From an uncultured Methylophilaceae bacterium (lineage in GTDB: Bacteria > Pseudomonadota > Gammaproteobacteria > Burkholderiales > Methylophilaceae), in NCBI GenBank assembly GCA_964620425.1, contig CAZUGV010000008.1:3628-67627 (forward strand): DNA of 64,000 nucleotides, in the 5' to 3' direction. Each line of letters begins with the position of its first letter. Positions within the stretch are counted from its first letter, which is position 1. Below, piece after piece: positions 19,018-26,202 of this stretch. Under the pieces are notes generated by a model. That model was not told the origin of the DNA. It did not search any database and saw nothing but the letters and a program-made list of their open reading frames with translations. Both the position numbers and the translations under genes were made by a program.

Positions 19018-20451
19018 ATGAAGTTATACTTATCGCTCGTCGCACGCATGCGAGCCCTCATTGATGAAGGCGTATTTAAGGCAGGTGGGAAAGTATTTTC
19101 ATTACGCCATGCTAGTCAGCATTTCAATTGTAGTATTAGCTCTGTGCTCAAAGCCTACGAAATTTTAGAAGCCGATGGCATTATCGCAAGTCATCCGCAA
19201 TCTGGTTATTATGTAGCACATCGTGAACCCAACAAAACGTCAGCAAATAAAAAAACGACATCACTTGTAGCTAAAAACCTCAATATTCTTGATATGGATC
19301 CTAGTAGGTTAGTGCTTACTACGCTTAAAGCAATTCGTGAGTCTGGCACTATTCCGTTGGGCTCCCCTTTTCCTGATCCGCATTTATTCCCGCTTAAACA
19401 AATTCGGCGATATGAAAAAGCACTTAGTGCCGACGATACAGAGTGGGGCGTGCTCAATGATCTACCGCCCGGCAATAAAAATCTACGCCAACAAATCGCG
19501 CGGCGCTATCAGTTTCTGGGGCTAGATATTTCACCGGATGATATTGTCATCACGCATGGTGCAACTGAAGCTATTAGCCTTTGCTTGCAGGCAGTGGCTA
19601 AAGCAGGAGACACCATTGCATTAGAAACCCCAGGATATTACGCATTAGCCAACGTAGTAGAGCGAATGGGAATGAAGGTGGCCGAAGTGCGTACTCACCC
19701 AACCGAAGGTATAGAGATCGATGCCTTATTAGCACTCACTCAAAATGTAAGCGTTTCTGCTGTGTTGTTAACGGCTAACTTTCAAAACCCGCTTGGTGGC
19801 ATCATGCCAGAAGCCAAAAAGAAAATGTTAGTCGATTTTTTAGCCGAGCATAACATTCCCTTGATTGAAGATGACGTATATCAAGAGCTCTATTTTAGTG
19901 AACTAGCCCCCAAACCAGCGAAAGCCTACGATAAAGCTGGTTTGGTAATGCACTGCGGATCCTTCTCAAAATCACTTGCTCCAGGGTATAGAATCGGCTG
20001 GACAGTTCCTGGTCAATATCGCGCTGATGTTGAAAAACTCATGTTTGTGAATAGCCTATCTATTCCATCCGCCCCGCAAATAGCCATTGCAAAACTGATG
20101 ATGCGCGCTAGCTACCAAGCGCACCTAAAAAACCTGCGCCACACGCTTAAATCAAACGCAGTGTTGATGCGCACCGTCATTGCCGAAAGCTTCCCGCAGG
20201 GCACAATCCAATCAACCCCATGTGGCGGCTACGTGATATGGGTGCAATTGCCAGAGGGCCTAGATTCACTAGCGCTATACCGCCAATGTATCGATCAAGG
20301 AATTAGCATCGCCCCCGGACCTATTTTTACCCGCAAAAAATCGTTGGTTAACTATATTCGTCTGAACTACAGTCACCAATGGGCGCCTGAAATTGAACAA
20401 GCGGTCAGAGAGGTCGGGCGACTAGCAAAGGTGATGCTAGGTGGCTCATAG
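19018..20451 (+). CDS. MocR/GabR-type regulator (GntR wHTH fused to a PLP aminotransferase-like domain)
   Basis: 477 aa. N-terminal GntR-like HTH (LRHASQHFNCSISSVLKAYEILEADGII) and a C-terminal fold-type I aminotransferase domain (SFSKSLAPGYRIGW carries the PLP lysine). Confidence 0.85.
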   Translation: MKLYLSLVARMRALIDEGVFKAGGKVFSLRHASQHFNCSISSVLKAYEILEADGIIASHPQSGYYVAHREPNKTSANKKTTSLVAKNLNILDMDPSRLVLTTLKAIRESGTIPLGSPFPDPHLFPLKQIRRYEKALSADDTEWGVLNDLPPGNKNLRQQIARRYQFLGLDISPDDIVITHGATEAISLCLQAVAKAGDTIALETPGYYALANVVERMGMKVAEVRTHPTEGIEIDALLALTQNVSVSAVLLTANFQNPLGGIMPEAKKKMLVDFLAEHNIPLIEDDVYQELYFSELAPKPAKAYDKAGLVMHCGSFSKSLAPGYRIGWTVPGQYRADVEKLMFVNSLSIPSAPQIAIAKLMMRASYQAHLKNLRHTLKSNAVLMRTVIAESFPQGTIQSTPCGGYVIWVQLPEGLDSLALYRQCIDQGISIAPGPIFTRKKSLVNYIRLNYSHQWAPEIEQAVREVGRLAKVMLGGS

Positions 20452-20512
20452 ATCTGCACGGGATGGGAATTCACATTGACCGCCCCCAATACAACCACGT
20501 ATCATCAGCCTC

Positions 20513-21385
20513 ATGAAAACCCCTAAGAGATTAGAACCACTGCTTGAAGATGGCATTATTGATGAAGTGATGCGCCAATTGATGAGTGGTAAAGAAGCAA
20601 CCGTATACGTAGTGCGTTGCGGAGACGAAGTGCGCTGCGCCAAAGTATATAAAGAAGCAAATAAACGCAGCTTTCGACAAAGTGTGGATTACACTGAAGG
20701 TCGAAAAGTCAAAAGTAGCCGTCAAGCGCGCGCAATGGCAAAAGGCTCAAAATACGGCAAGCAAGCGCAAGAAGAAGCATGGCAAAGCGCGGAAGTGGAT
20801 GCCTTGTATCGGCTGGCCAATGCAGGTGTCAGGGTGCCCAAACCCCATCAGTTTTACGAAGGCGTATTGATTATGGAACTCGTTGCAGATGCCGATGGCA
20901 ATGCTGCACCTAGGCTCAACGATCTAGTATTTACCGCTGAAGAAGCACAACAGCACCACCAAACACTACTCAATGAAGTAGTGCGCATGCTGTGCGCTGG
21001 CATTGTACATGGCGACCTTTCTGAATTTAATATCCTACTCAGCGCCACTGGTCCTGTGATTATCGATTTGCCCCAAGCGGTAGATGCAGCGGGCAATAAT
21101 CACGCAAAAAGCATGTTGGAACGCGATGTCCGAAATTTGGCTACATTTTTTGGGCAATTTGCACCCGATTTACTTGCCACAGAATATGGCAAAGAAATTT
21201 GGGCCTTATATGCACAAGGTACACTCACCCCAGAGATCGAACTGACTGGAAAATTTAAAGAAAATTTAAAACCAGTCGATTTAAAAAGTGTAGTGCGTGT
21301 GATTGATGCAGCGCGAGAAGATGAAGCCGCGCGACAAATGCGTTTAGCCGAGGCAAAAGCCACCCTCAACCACAAACACCGATAA
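20513..21385 (+). CDS. RIO1-like atypical protein kinase
   Basis: 290 aa. SGKEATVYVV (P-loop-like), CAKVYK (catalytic Lys region), IVHGDLSEFNIL (catalytic loop) and IIDLPQAV (metal-binding) follow the RIO kinase pattern. Confidence 0.8.
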   Translation: MKTPKRLEPLLEDGIIDEVMRQLMSGKEATVYVVRCGDEVRCAKVYKEANKRSFRQSVDYTEGRKVKSSRQARAMAKGSKYGKQAQEEAWQSAEVDALYRLANAGVRVPKPHQFYEGVLIMELVADADGNAAPRLNDLVFTAEEAQQHHQTLLNEVVRMLCAGIVHGDLSEFNILLSATGPVIIDLPQAVDAAGNNHAKSMLERDVRNLATFFGQFAPDLLATEYGKEIWALYAQGTLTPEIELTGKFKENLKPVDLKSVVRVIDAAREDEAARQMRLAEAKATLNHKHR

Positions 21386-21500
21386 TCTGTGCGGATCATC
21401 CGTCAATATTACATCCCCCGCAGATAAATTTAACTCAAACATTAAACCCATAAAAATTGCGCGAATTTAGAATATTTTGATTAAATTTGAACGGTTTTTG

Positions 21501-21529
21501 TTGACCAATCGGCCGATAGTCATTATTAT
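21501..21529 (+). promoter_or_regulatory. sigma70-type promoter for tRNA-Asn
   Basis: TTGACC (21501-21506), a 17-nt spacer, then TATTAT (21524-21529), followed by a GC-rich discriminator (cacgcc). The tRNA starts at 21545. Confidence 0.6.
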
Positions 21530-21544
21530 CACGCCTTCACCGAT

Positions 21545-21620
21545 TCCTCGATAGCTCAGTCGGTAGAGCGCCGGACTGTTAATCCGTAGGTCCCTGGTTC
21601 GAGCCCAGGTCGAGGAGCCA
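21545..21620 (+). tRNA. tRNA-Asn (anticodon GTT)
   Basis: The cloverleaf folds by hand. Acceptor tcctcga/tcgagga, D-arm gctc...gagc, anticodon loop ctGTTaa, T-arm cctgg-ttcgagc-ccagg, encoded CCA. Very close to E. coli tRNA-Asn. Confidence 0.95.
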
Positions 21621-21630
21621 ATTAGATATA

Positions 21631-21662
21631 AAAATGGACACTTTTTGAGTGTCCATTTTTAT
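21631..21662 (+). terminator. rho-independent terminator after tRNA-Asn
   Basis: atggacac-tttttga-gtgtccat followed by a T run. Confidence 0.85.
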
Positions 21663-21758
21663 TTATACGGTAGCAAGCATTTAAACGGTATCAACGCCAA
21701 CAGAATCCACACAATCAATAGCTTAAACGGATTCACTATCCAAAAGTAGACAACCGCC

Positions 21759-21788
21759 TTGTCCAAGTATATTGCACAGTGTTATAAT
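21759..21788 (+). promoter_or_regulatory. sigma70-type promoter for tRNA-Met
   Basis: TTGTCC (21759-21764), an 18-nt spacer, then TATAAT (21783-21788), followed by the GC-rich discriminator gcgcggc. Confidence 0.55.
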
Positions 21789-21840
21789 GCGCGGCTAAGC
21801 TTTTAGGCTACGTATGTTCTAGGCTAAAAGCAAACAAAAC

Positions 21841-21917
21841 GGTGATGTAGCTCAGCTGGTTAGAGCACAGGATTCATAATCCTGGGGTCGAGGGTTCAAG
21901 TCCCTCTTTCACCACCA
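21841..21917 (+). tRNA. tRNA-Met (anticodon CAT; elongator type; Ile2-lysidine type not excluded)
   Basis: ggtgatg-ta-gctc-agctggtta-gagc-a-cagga-ttCATaa-tcctg-gggtc-gaggg-ttcaagt-ccctc-tttcacc-a-cca. One U-U mismatch in the acceptor stem. The D-arm and variable region resemble elongator tRNA-Met. Confidence 0.9.
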
Positions 21918-21923
21918 ATAACC

Positions 21924-21956
21924 AAAAAAGCCACATCCATTGGGTGTGGCTTTTTT
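21924..21956 (+). terminator. rho-independent terminator after tRNA-Met
   Basis: gccacatcc-att-gggtgtggc stem followed by T6. It overlaps the track's GTG 21944 start for hsdM, which argues for the ATG 22001 start. Confidence 0.85.
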
Positions 21957-22000
21957 ATTGCCACGTGCATAATGATGTAAGCAAAAATATTGGGGTATTC

Positions 22001-23458
22001 ATGTTTGAGCAAACCTTTAAAAACATCGACGACATTCTGCATAAAGACGCAGGCGCAACCAGCGAGCTAGATTACACCGAGCAAACCTCTTGGATTTTGT
22101 TTTTAAAGTATCTGGATGCTTTAGAGCAAACCAAAGCGATGGAAGCCGAGCTAGAAGGTAAAGCCTACAGCTTTATTATTGACGACGCTTATCGCTGGCC
22201 GACATGGGCAGCACCTAAAACCGCTGATGGTAAGTTTGACCACAACAATGCTTTAACGGGTGATGACCTTAAAGATTTTGTGAATCTTAGACTTTTTCCC
22301 TACCTAAAAGGCTTTAAGCAACGCGCCACTAGCCCCAACACCATTGAATATAAAATCGGTGAAATTTTTGGCGAGATTAACAACAAAATTCAAAGTGGCT
22401 ATAACCTGCGTGAAGTGATTGAGCGCATTGATGAACTCAGCTTTAATACCCAAGCAGAAAAGCACGAGCTTTCACATCTGTACGAAGCCAAAATTAAAAA
22501 CATGGGCAACGCAGGCCGTAACGGCGGCGAATATTACACACCGCGCCCATTGATTCGCGCCATGATACAAGTGGTTAACCCAAAAATTGGTGAGACGATA
22601 TATGACGGCGCAGTTGGCAGTGCAGGCTTTTTATGCGAAGCGTTTGATTATTTGCGTAGTCAGCCTAATTTATCCACCAGTGATTTAAGCACCTTACAAA
22701 CCAGCACGTTTTACGGCAAAGAGAAAAAGAGCCTTGCCTACGTCATCGCCATCATGAACATGATTCTGCATGGCATAGAAGCGCCCAATATCATCCACAC
22801 CAACACGTTGGCGGAAAATATTAGCGATATTCAAGAAAAAGACCGCTTTGATATTATTCTCGCCAACCCACCGTTTGGCGGAAAAGAGCGTGCTGAGGTG
22901 CAACAAAACTTCCCCATCAAAACAGGCGAAACCGCCTTTTTGTTTTTACAGCACTTTATTAAAACCTTACGTGCTGGCGGCCGCGCTGCGGTCGTGATTA
23001 AAAACACCTTTTTAAGCAATACCGACAACGCCTCAGTCAGCCTGCGTAAACTGTTGCTAGAAAGTTGCAATCTGCACACCGTGCTCGATTGCCCAAGCGG
23101 CACGTTTCAAGGCGCAGGCGTAAAAACCGTGGTGCTGTTTTTTGAAAAAGGCGCGCCTACCCGCAACACTTGGTTTTATGTCCTAGACCCAGGCCGCAAT
23201 ATGGGCAAAACCAAACCGCTCAATGATAATGACTTGGCAGAATTTATAGCCCTACAAAAAACCTTTGCCGATTCCCCCAAAAGCTGGAGCGTTAACACAC
23301 AAGCCATCACCGAAGCCCAAGGCTACGATTTATCCGTGAAAAACCCCAACGGCAATGAAGAAGTCGCGCACCGCAGCCCGCAAGCGATTATGGAAGAAAT
23401 TGCCAAGCTGGATGCGGAAAGTGAGGAAGTGTTGGCAGGGATTAAGGCGTTGCTATGA
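22001..23458 (+). CDS. hsdM: type I restriction-modification system methyltransferase subunit HsdM (N6-adenine)
   Basis: MFEQTFKNIDDILHKDAG... is a typical HsdM N-terminus. SAM motif DGAVGSAGFL and catalytic motif LANPPFGGK. Confidence 0.95.
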   Translation: MFEQTFKNIDDILHKDAGATSELDYTEQTSWILFLKYLDALEQTKAMEAELEGKAYSFIIDDAYRWPTWAAPKTADGKFDHNNALTGDDLKDFVNLRLFPYLKGFKQRATSPNTIEYKIGEIFGEINNKIQSGYNLREVIERIDELSFNTQAEKHELSHLYEAKIKNMGNAGRNGGEYYTPRPLIRAMIQVVNPKIGETIYDGAVGSAGFLCEAFDYLRSQPNLSTSDLSTLQTSTFYGKEKKSLAYVIAIMNMILHGIEAPNIIHTNTLAENISDIQEKDRFDIILANPPFGGKERAEVQQNFPIKTGETAFLFLQHFIKTLRAGGRAAVVIKNTFLSNTDNASVSLRKLLLESCNLHTVLDCPSGTFQGAGVKTVVLFFEKGAPTRNTWFYVLDPGRNMGKTKPLNDNDLAEFIALQKTFADSPKSWSVNTQAITEAQGYDLSVKNPNGNEEVAHRSPQAIMEEIAKLDAESEEVLAGIKALL

Positions 23459-24657
23459 AGGCAGGGTGGCAGACTGAAAAACTAGGTGAAGTATGCTCAT
23501 TTCTGAATCGAGGTATTTCACCTAAATATATAGATACCAGCGGCATTTGCGTACTCAACCAAAAATGTATTCGCGACCATCGTGTTAGTTATGAACAAGC
23601 ACGTAGGCATGATTTTTCTGCAAAATCAGTTTCAGCAGAAAGATTGATTCAGCTTGGGGATGTACTGGTTAACTCGACTGGAACTGGAACACTTGGACGT
23701 GTGGCACAAGTGAGAGAAACCCCAAAAGAACCAACTACTGTTGATTCTCACGTTACCATTGTTCGCCCAAGAGAAGGTAAGTTCTACCAAGACTTCTTTG
23801 GTTATATGCTTATTTTAATTGAGGAAGCAATTAAAGAGGCTGGTGAAGGATGTGGTGGTCAAACAGAGCTTGCTCGTTCAGTTTTGGCAGAAAAGTTTTC
23901 AGTTAGTTATCCAACATCTATTGATCAACAACAACGCATCGTAGCCATACTCGACCAAGCGTTTGAGAGCATTGCCAAAGCGCGCGCAAATGCAGAACAA
24001 AACCGGCAAAATGCCCGCGCCTTGTTTGAAAGCCACCTACAATCGGTATTCACTCGGCGCGGTGATTGCTGGGTTGATAAAACCTTAGACCAAGTTTGCA
24101 TTGTTGAGAGAGGTAGTTCGCCAAGACCGATTAAAGACTTTTTTACTACAGAGCCTGATGGAGTCAACTGGATTAAAATTGGGGATACTGAAGAAGGCGG
24201 AAAGTACGTTTTTAAAACCGCTCAGAAAATTACACCTGAAGGCGCTAAACAATCGCGGTTTGTTAAAGAAGGAGATTTTATCCTAACAAACTCGATGTCT
24301 TATGGGCGACCTTACATCATGAAAACTAGCGGATGCATCCATGACGGATGGTTTGTTTTACGGTTGAATTTAGAAATCAACAGTGATTATTTTTATTATT
24401 TATTATCTTCTAGTTTTGTTCAATCGCAGTTCACTAGATTGGCAAGTGGTTCAGTGGTAAAAAACATCAGTGGTGATTTGGTTAAAATGGTAAATCTTCC
24501 TATCCCGCCAATTGAACAGCAAATTTCCATAGTTGATAAACTTTTGGGTCTGTCAAAAGAAACCCAACGCCTAGAAGCCCTCTACCAACGCAAAATCGCC
24601 TGCCTCGATGAACTGAAAAAATCCCTCTTGCAACAGGCTTTTGCTGGGGAGTTGTAG
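23455..24657 (+). CDS. hsdS: type I restriction-modification system specificity subunit HsdS
   Basis: 400 aa with an ATGA overlap with hsdM. Two target-recognition domains separated by a conserved helical spacer (QQQRIVAILDQAFESIAKARANAEQNRQNARALFESHL). A second conserved helix sits at the C-terminus (EQQISIVDKLLGLSKETQRLEALYQRKIACLDELKKSLLQQAF). Confidence 0.95.
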   Translation: MKAGWQTEKLGEVCSFLNRGISPKYIDTSGICVLNQKCIRDHRVSYEQARRHDFSAKSVSAERLIQLGDVLVNSTGTGTLGRVAQVRETPKEPTTVDSHVTIVRPREGKFYQDFFGYMLILIEEAIKEAGEGCGGQTELARSVLAEKFSVSYPTSIDQQQRIVAILDQAFESIAKARANAEQNRQNARALFESHLQSVFTRRGDCWVDKTLDQVCIVERGSSPRPIKDFFTTEPDGVNWIKIGDTEEGGKYVFKTAQKITPEGAKQSRFVKEGDFILTNSMSYGRPYIMKTSGCIHDGWFVLRLNLEINSDYFYYLLSSSFVQSQFTRLASGSVVKNISGDLVKMVNLPIPPIEQQISIVDKLLGLSKETQRLEALYQRKIACLDELKKSLLQQAFAGEL

Positions 24658-24666
24658 CCTCCATCC

Positions 24667-24698
24667 CCTTATATGCTATTTGCATATAGCATATAAGG
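24667..24698 (+). terminator. perfect 13-bp stem hairpin 10 nt after the hsdS stop (terminator/insulator candidate, no T tract)
   Basis: ccttatatgctat-ttgcat-atagcatataagg; the arms are exact reverse complements. Confidence 0.5.
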
Positions 24699-24703
24699 CG
24701 CAC

Positions 24704-24723
24704 ATTCTCTATTCGCGAATAGC
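24704..24723. promoter_or_regulatory. operator-like repeat 1 (contains the 14-bp perfect palindrome ctattcgcgaatag)
   Basis: attctctattcgcgaatagc is repeated with 19 of 20 identity at 24769-24788. Confidence 0.6.
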
Positions 24724-24768
24724 AATTATTTATAATAAGCTATTGTTATATTTATAAATTATGTTTAT

Positions 24769-24788
24769 ATTCTCTATTCGCGAACAGC
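24769..24788. promoter_or_regulatory. operator-like repeat 2, overlapping candidate -10/TSS of the wHTH-NTase operon
   Basis: attctctattcgcgaacagc (also tattcgc-gaaca-gcgaata). The AT-rich spacer between the repeats carries TATAAT (24731-24736) and TTGTTA-17 nt-TATATT (24743-24771). The AAGGA RBS and ATG 24807 follow. Confidence 0.6.
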
Positions 24789-24806
24789 GAATAAAAGGAA
24801 ATAAAC

Positions 24807-25352
24807 ATGGCTAGACCAATCACTAACCCACAAATTGCCTTAAAGCCACAAGATTTGGTGGTGTTGTTACGTCTGTCACTTTGCCAAGACGCTATGCCGA
24901 CTTATGCGCAATTGGCGGATGAGTTGGGGATTACTGCTTCTGAGATTCATGCTAGTTTAGGGCGTGCGCAACAGGCGCAATTGGTGTTTAAAGGTGAAGA
25001 TGGCAAGCCGCGTTTGGTACGCGAGGCTTTAAAACAGTTTGTGCTATATGGGGCGCGTTATGCTTTCCCTACTCTTCATGGTGAGTTGACACGCGGCTTG
25101 CCTACTTTGTATGCCGCCTCGCCAATTAAAGAGAAAATAATCGCAACCACCGATTTACCGCCTGTGTGGCCTGATAAAAACGGCAAAGTACGCGGTATGG
25201 CGCTTTATCCGCTTTACCCTAGCGTACCCGATGCCGCAAACCGTAACCCTGACTTGTATGAGTTGCTGGTGTTGTTTGATGCTTTGCGCGCGGGTAGCGC
25301 ACGTGAGCGCAATTTGGCGCAAGAGATGTTGAGTGAACGGTTGAGCGCATGA
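24807..25352 (+). CDS. winged-HTH protein, AbiEi-like antitoxin/regulator candidate
   Basis: 181 aa. HTH-like PTYAQLADELGITASEIHASLGRAQQAQLV near the N-terminus. C-terminal part ends NPDLYELLVLFDALRAGSARERNLAQEML. 4-nt ATGA overlap with the next gene. Confidence 0.6.
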   Translation: MARPITNPQIALKPQDLVVLLRLSLCQDAMPTYAQLADELGITASEIHASLGRAQQAQLVFKGEDGKPRLVREALKQFVLYGARYAFPTLHGELTRGLPTLYAASPIKEKIIATTDLPPVWPDKNGKVRGMALYPLYPSVPDAANRNPDLYELLVLFDALRAGSARERNLAQEMLSERLSA

Positions 25353-26059
25353 GTATAAACGCCAATGACCCCAATGTGATGTTGCTAGAAGTAGTTGCCC
25401 AGCATTTGGGCGCGGAGCTACTTGAGCGCATGGTGTTTGTGGGTGGCGCGGTGGCGGGCTTATTGATTACCGACCCTGCGATGCCTAGCATACGCCCAAC
25501 AGAGGATGTGGATTTAGTGGTGCAAGCGACGGTGTTGCGCGAGTACCATGCTGCAGAGGCCGCTTTGAAGGCGCAAGGGTTTGTGCAGGATATGTCAGCC
25601 GATGCGCCCATTTGCCGTTGGCGTATTGGCTTGCTCACAGTCGATGTGATGCCGATGGAAAAAACAGTGCTAGGCTTTGCTAACCGCTGGTATCCCTTAG
25701 CCGTGGCGACGGCGCAACCTTTTGCTCTGCCGAGTGGCAAAGTTATTAAGCTGATTATTGCACCCGTATTTGTAGCAACAAAATTGGAAGCTTTTGCAGA
25801 CCGTGGCAAGGGCGACTTTTTGTTTAGCCATGATTTAGGCGATATTATTGCCATTGTGGATGGGCGCGACAGTTTGCTGGATGAGTGCAACCAAGCAACC
25901 CCTGAGCTAAAGGCGTATTTACAATTAAAATTTGCTGAGTTGATGAATAACCCATCGTTTAGACAAGCATTGTCTGGGCATTTATCACCCGATGCCGCAA
26001 GCCAAAGCCGTTTGCCTTTGCTTGAGCGAAAACTAAACGAACTGGCTAAAACACTTTAG
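25349..26059 (+). CDS. pol-beta-fold nucleotidyltransferase, AbiEii/DUF1814-like toxin candidate
   Basis: 236 aa. Motif I FVGGAVAGLL, motif II RPTEDVDLVV, third acidic position TVDVMP, and motif III-like KLEAFADRGKGDFLFSHDLGDIIAIV. Confidence 0.6.
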   Translation: MSINANDPNVMLLEVVAQHLGAELLERMVFVGGAVAGLLITDPAMPSIRPTEDVDLVVQATVLREYHAAEAALKAQGFVQDMSADAPICRWRIGLLTVDVMPMEKTVLGFANRWYPLAVATAQPFALPSGKVIKLIIAPVFVATKLEAFADRGKGDFLFSHDLGDIIAIVDGRDSLLDECNQATPELKAYLQLKFAELMNNPSFRQALSGHLSPDAASQSRLPLLERKLNELAKTL

Positions 26060-26061
26060 AC

Positions 26062-26084
26062 AGTGACAAGCTTGTCACTTTTTT
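26062..26084 (+). terminator. rho-independent terminator after the nucleotidyltransferase gene
   Basis: agtgacaag/cttgtcact palindromic stem followed by T6, starting 3 nt after the stop codon. Confidence 0.8.
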
Positions 26085-26134
26085 ATTATCTCGCCGCCAT
26101 CAACACACCCTAAAAGTCGGCAAATTATGCTGGA

Positions 26135-26158
26135 GCTTGCGTTTACTGTTACGCAAGC
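26135..26158. promoter_or_regulatory. 8-bp-arm palindrome upstream of the HipA-like gene (operator candidate)
   Basis: gcttgcgt-ttactgtt-acgcaagc, ending 45 nt upstream of ATG 26203. The track's TTG 26137 start lies inside it. Confidence 0.4.
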
Positions 26159-26202
26159 ACATAATATCTATTCATTTAACTATTCAATTTGTATTCACTT
26201 TT

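Noticed and set aside
21944-22000. The N-terminal extension of hsdM given by the ORF track (GTG 21944). Similar extensions occur for pssA, clpA, tgt, soxZ, bfr2, the csp gene, the ydeP-like gene and the hipA-like gene.
   Set aside because: The extension for hsdM overlaps the tRNA-Met terminator hairpin. In each case an internal ATG with a proper SD gives the N-terminus typical of the family.
25219-25890. A 223-aa minus-strand ORF inside the nucleotidyltransferase gene. Similar long antisense ORFs occur at 41940..42701, 2581..3171 and 27543..27908.
   Set aside because: Each lies fully antisense to a gene with strong family motifs. The translations are Ser/Arg/Ala-rich, typical of antisense frames in GC-richer coding DNA, and none has an RBS.
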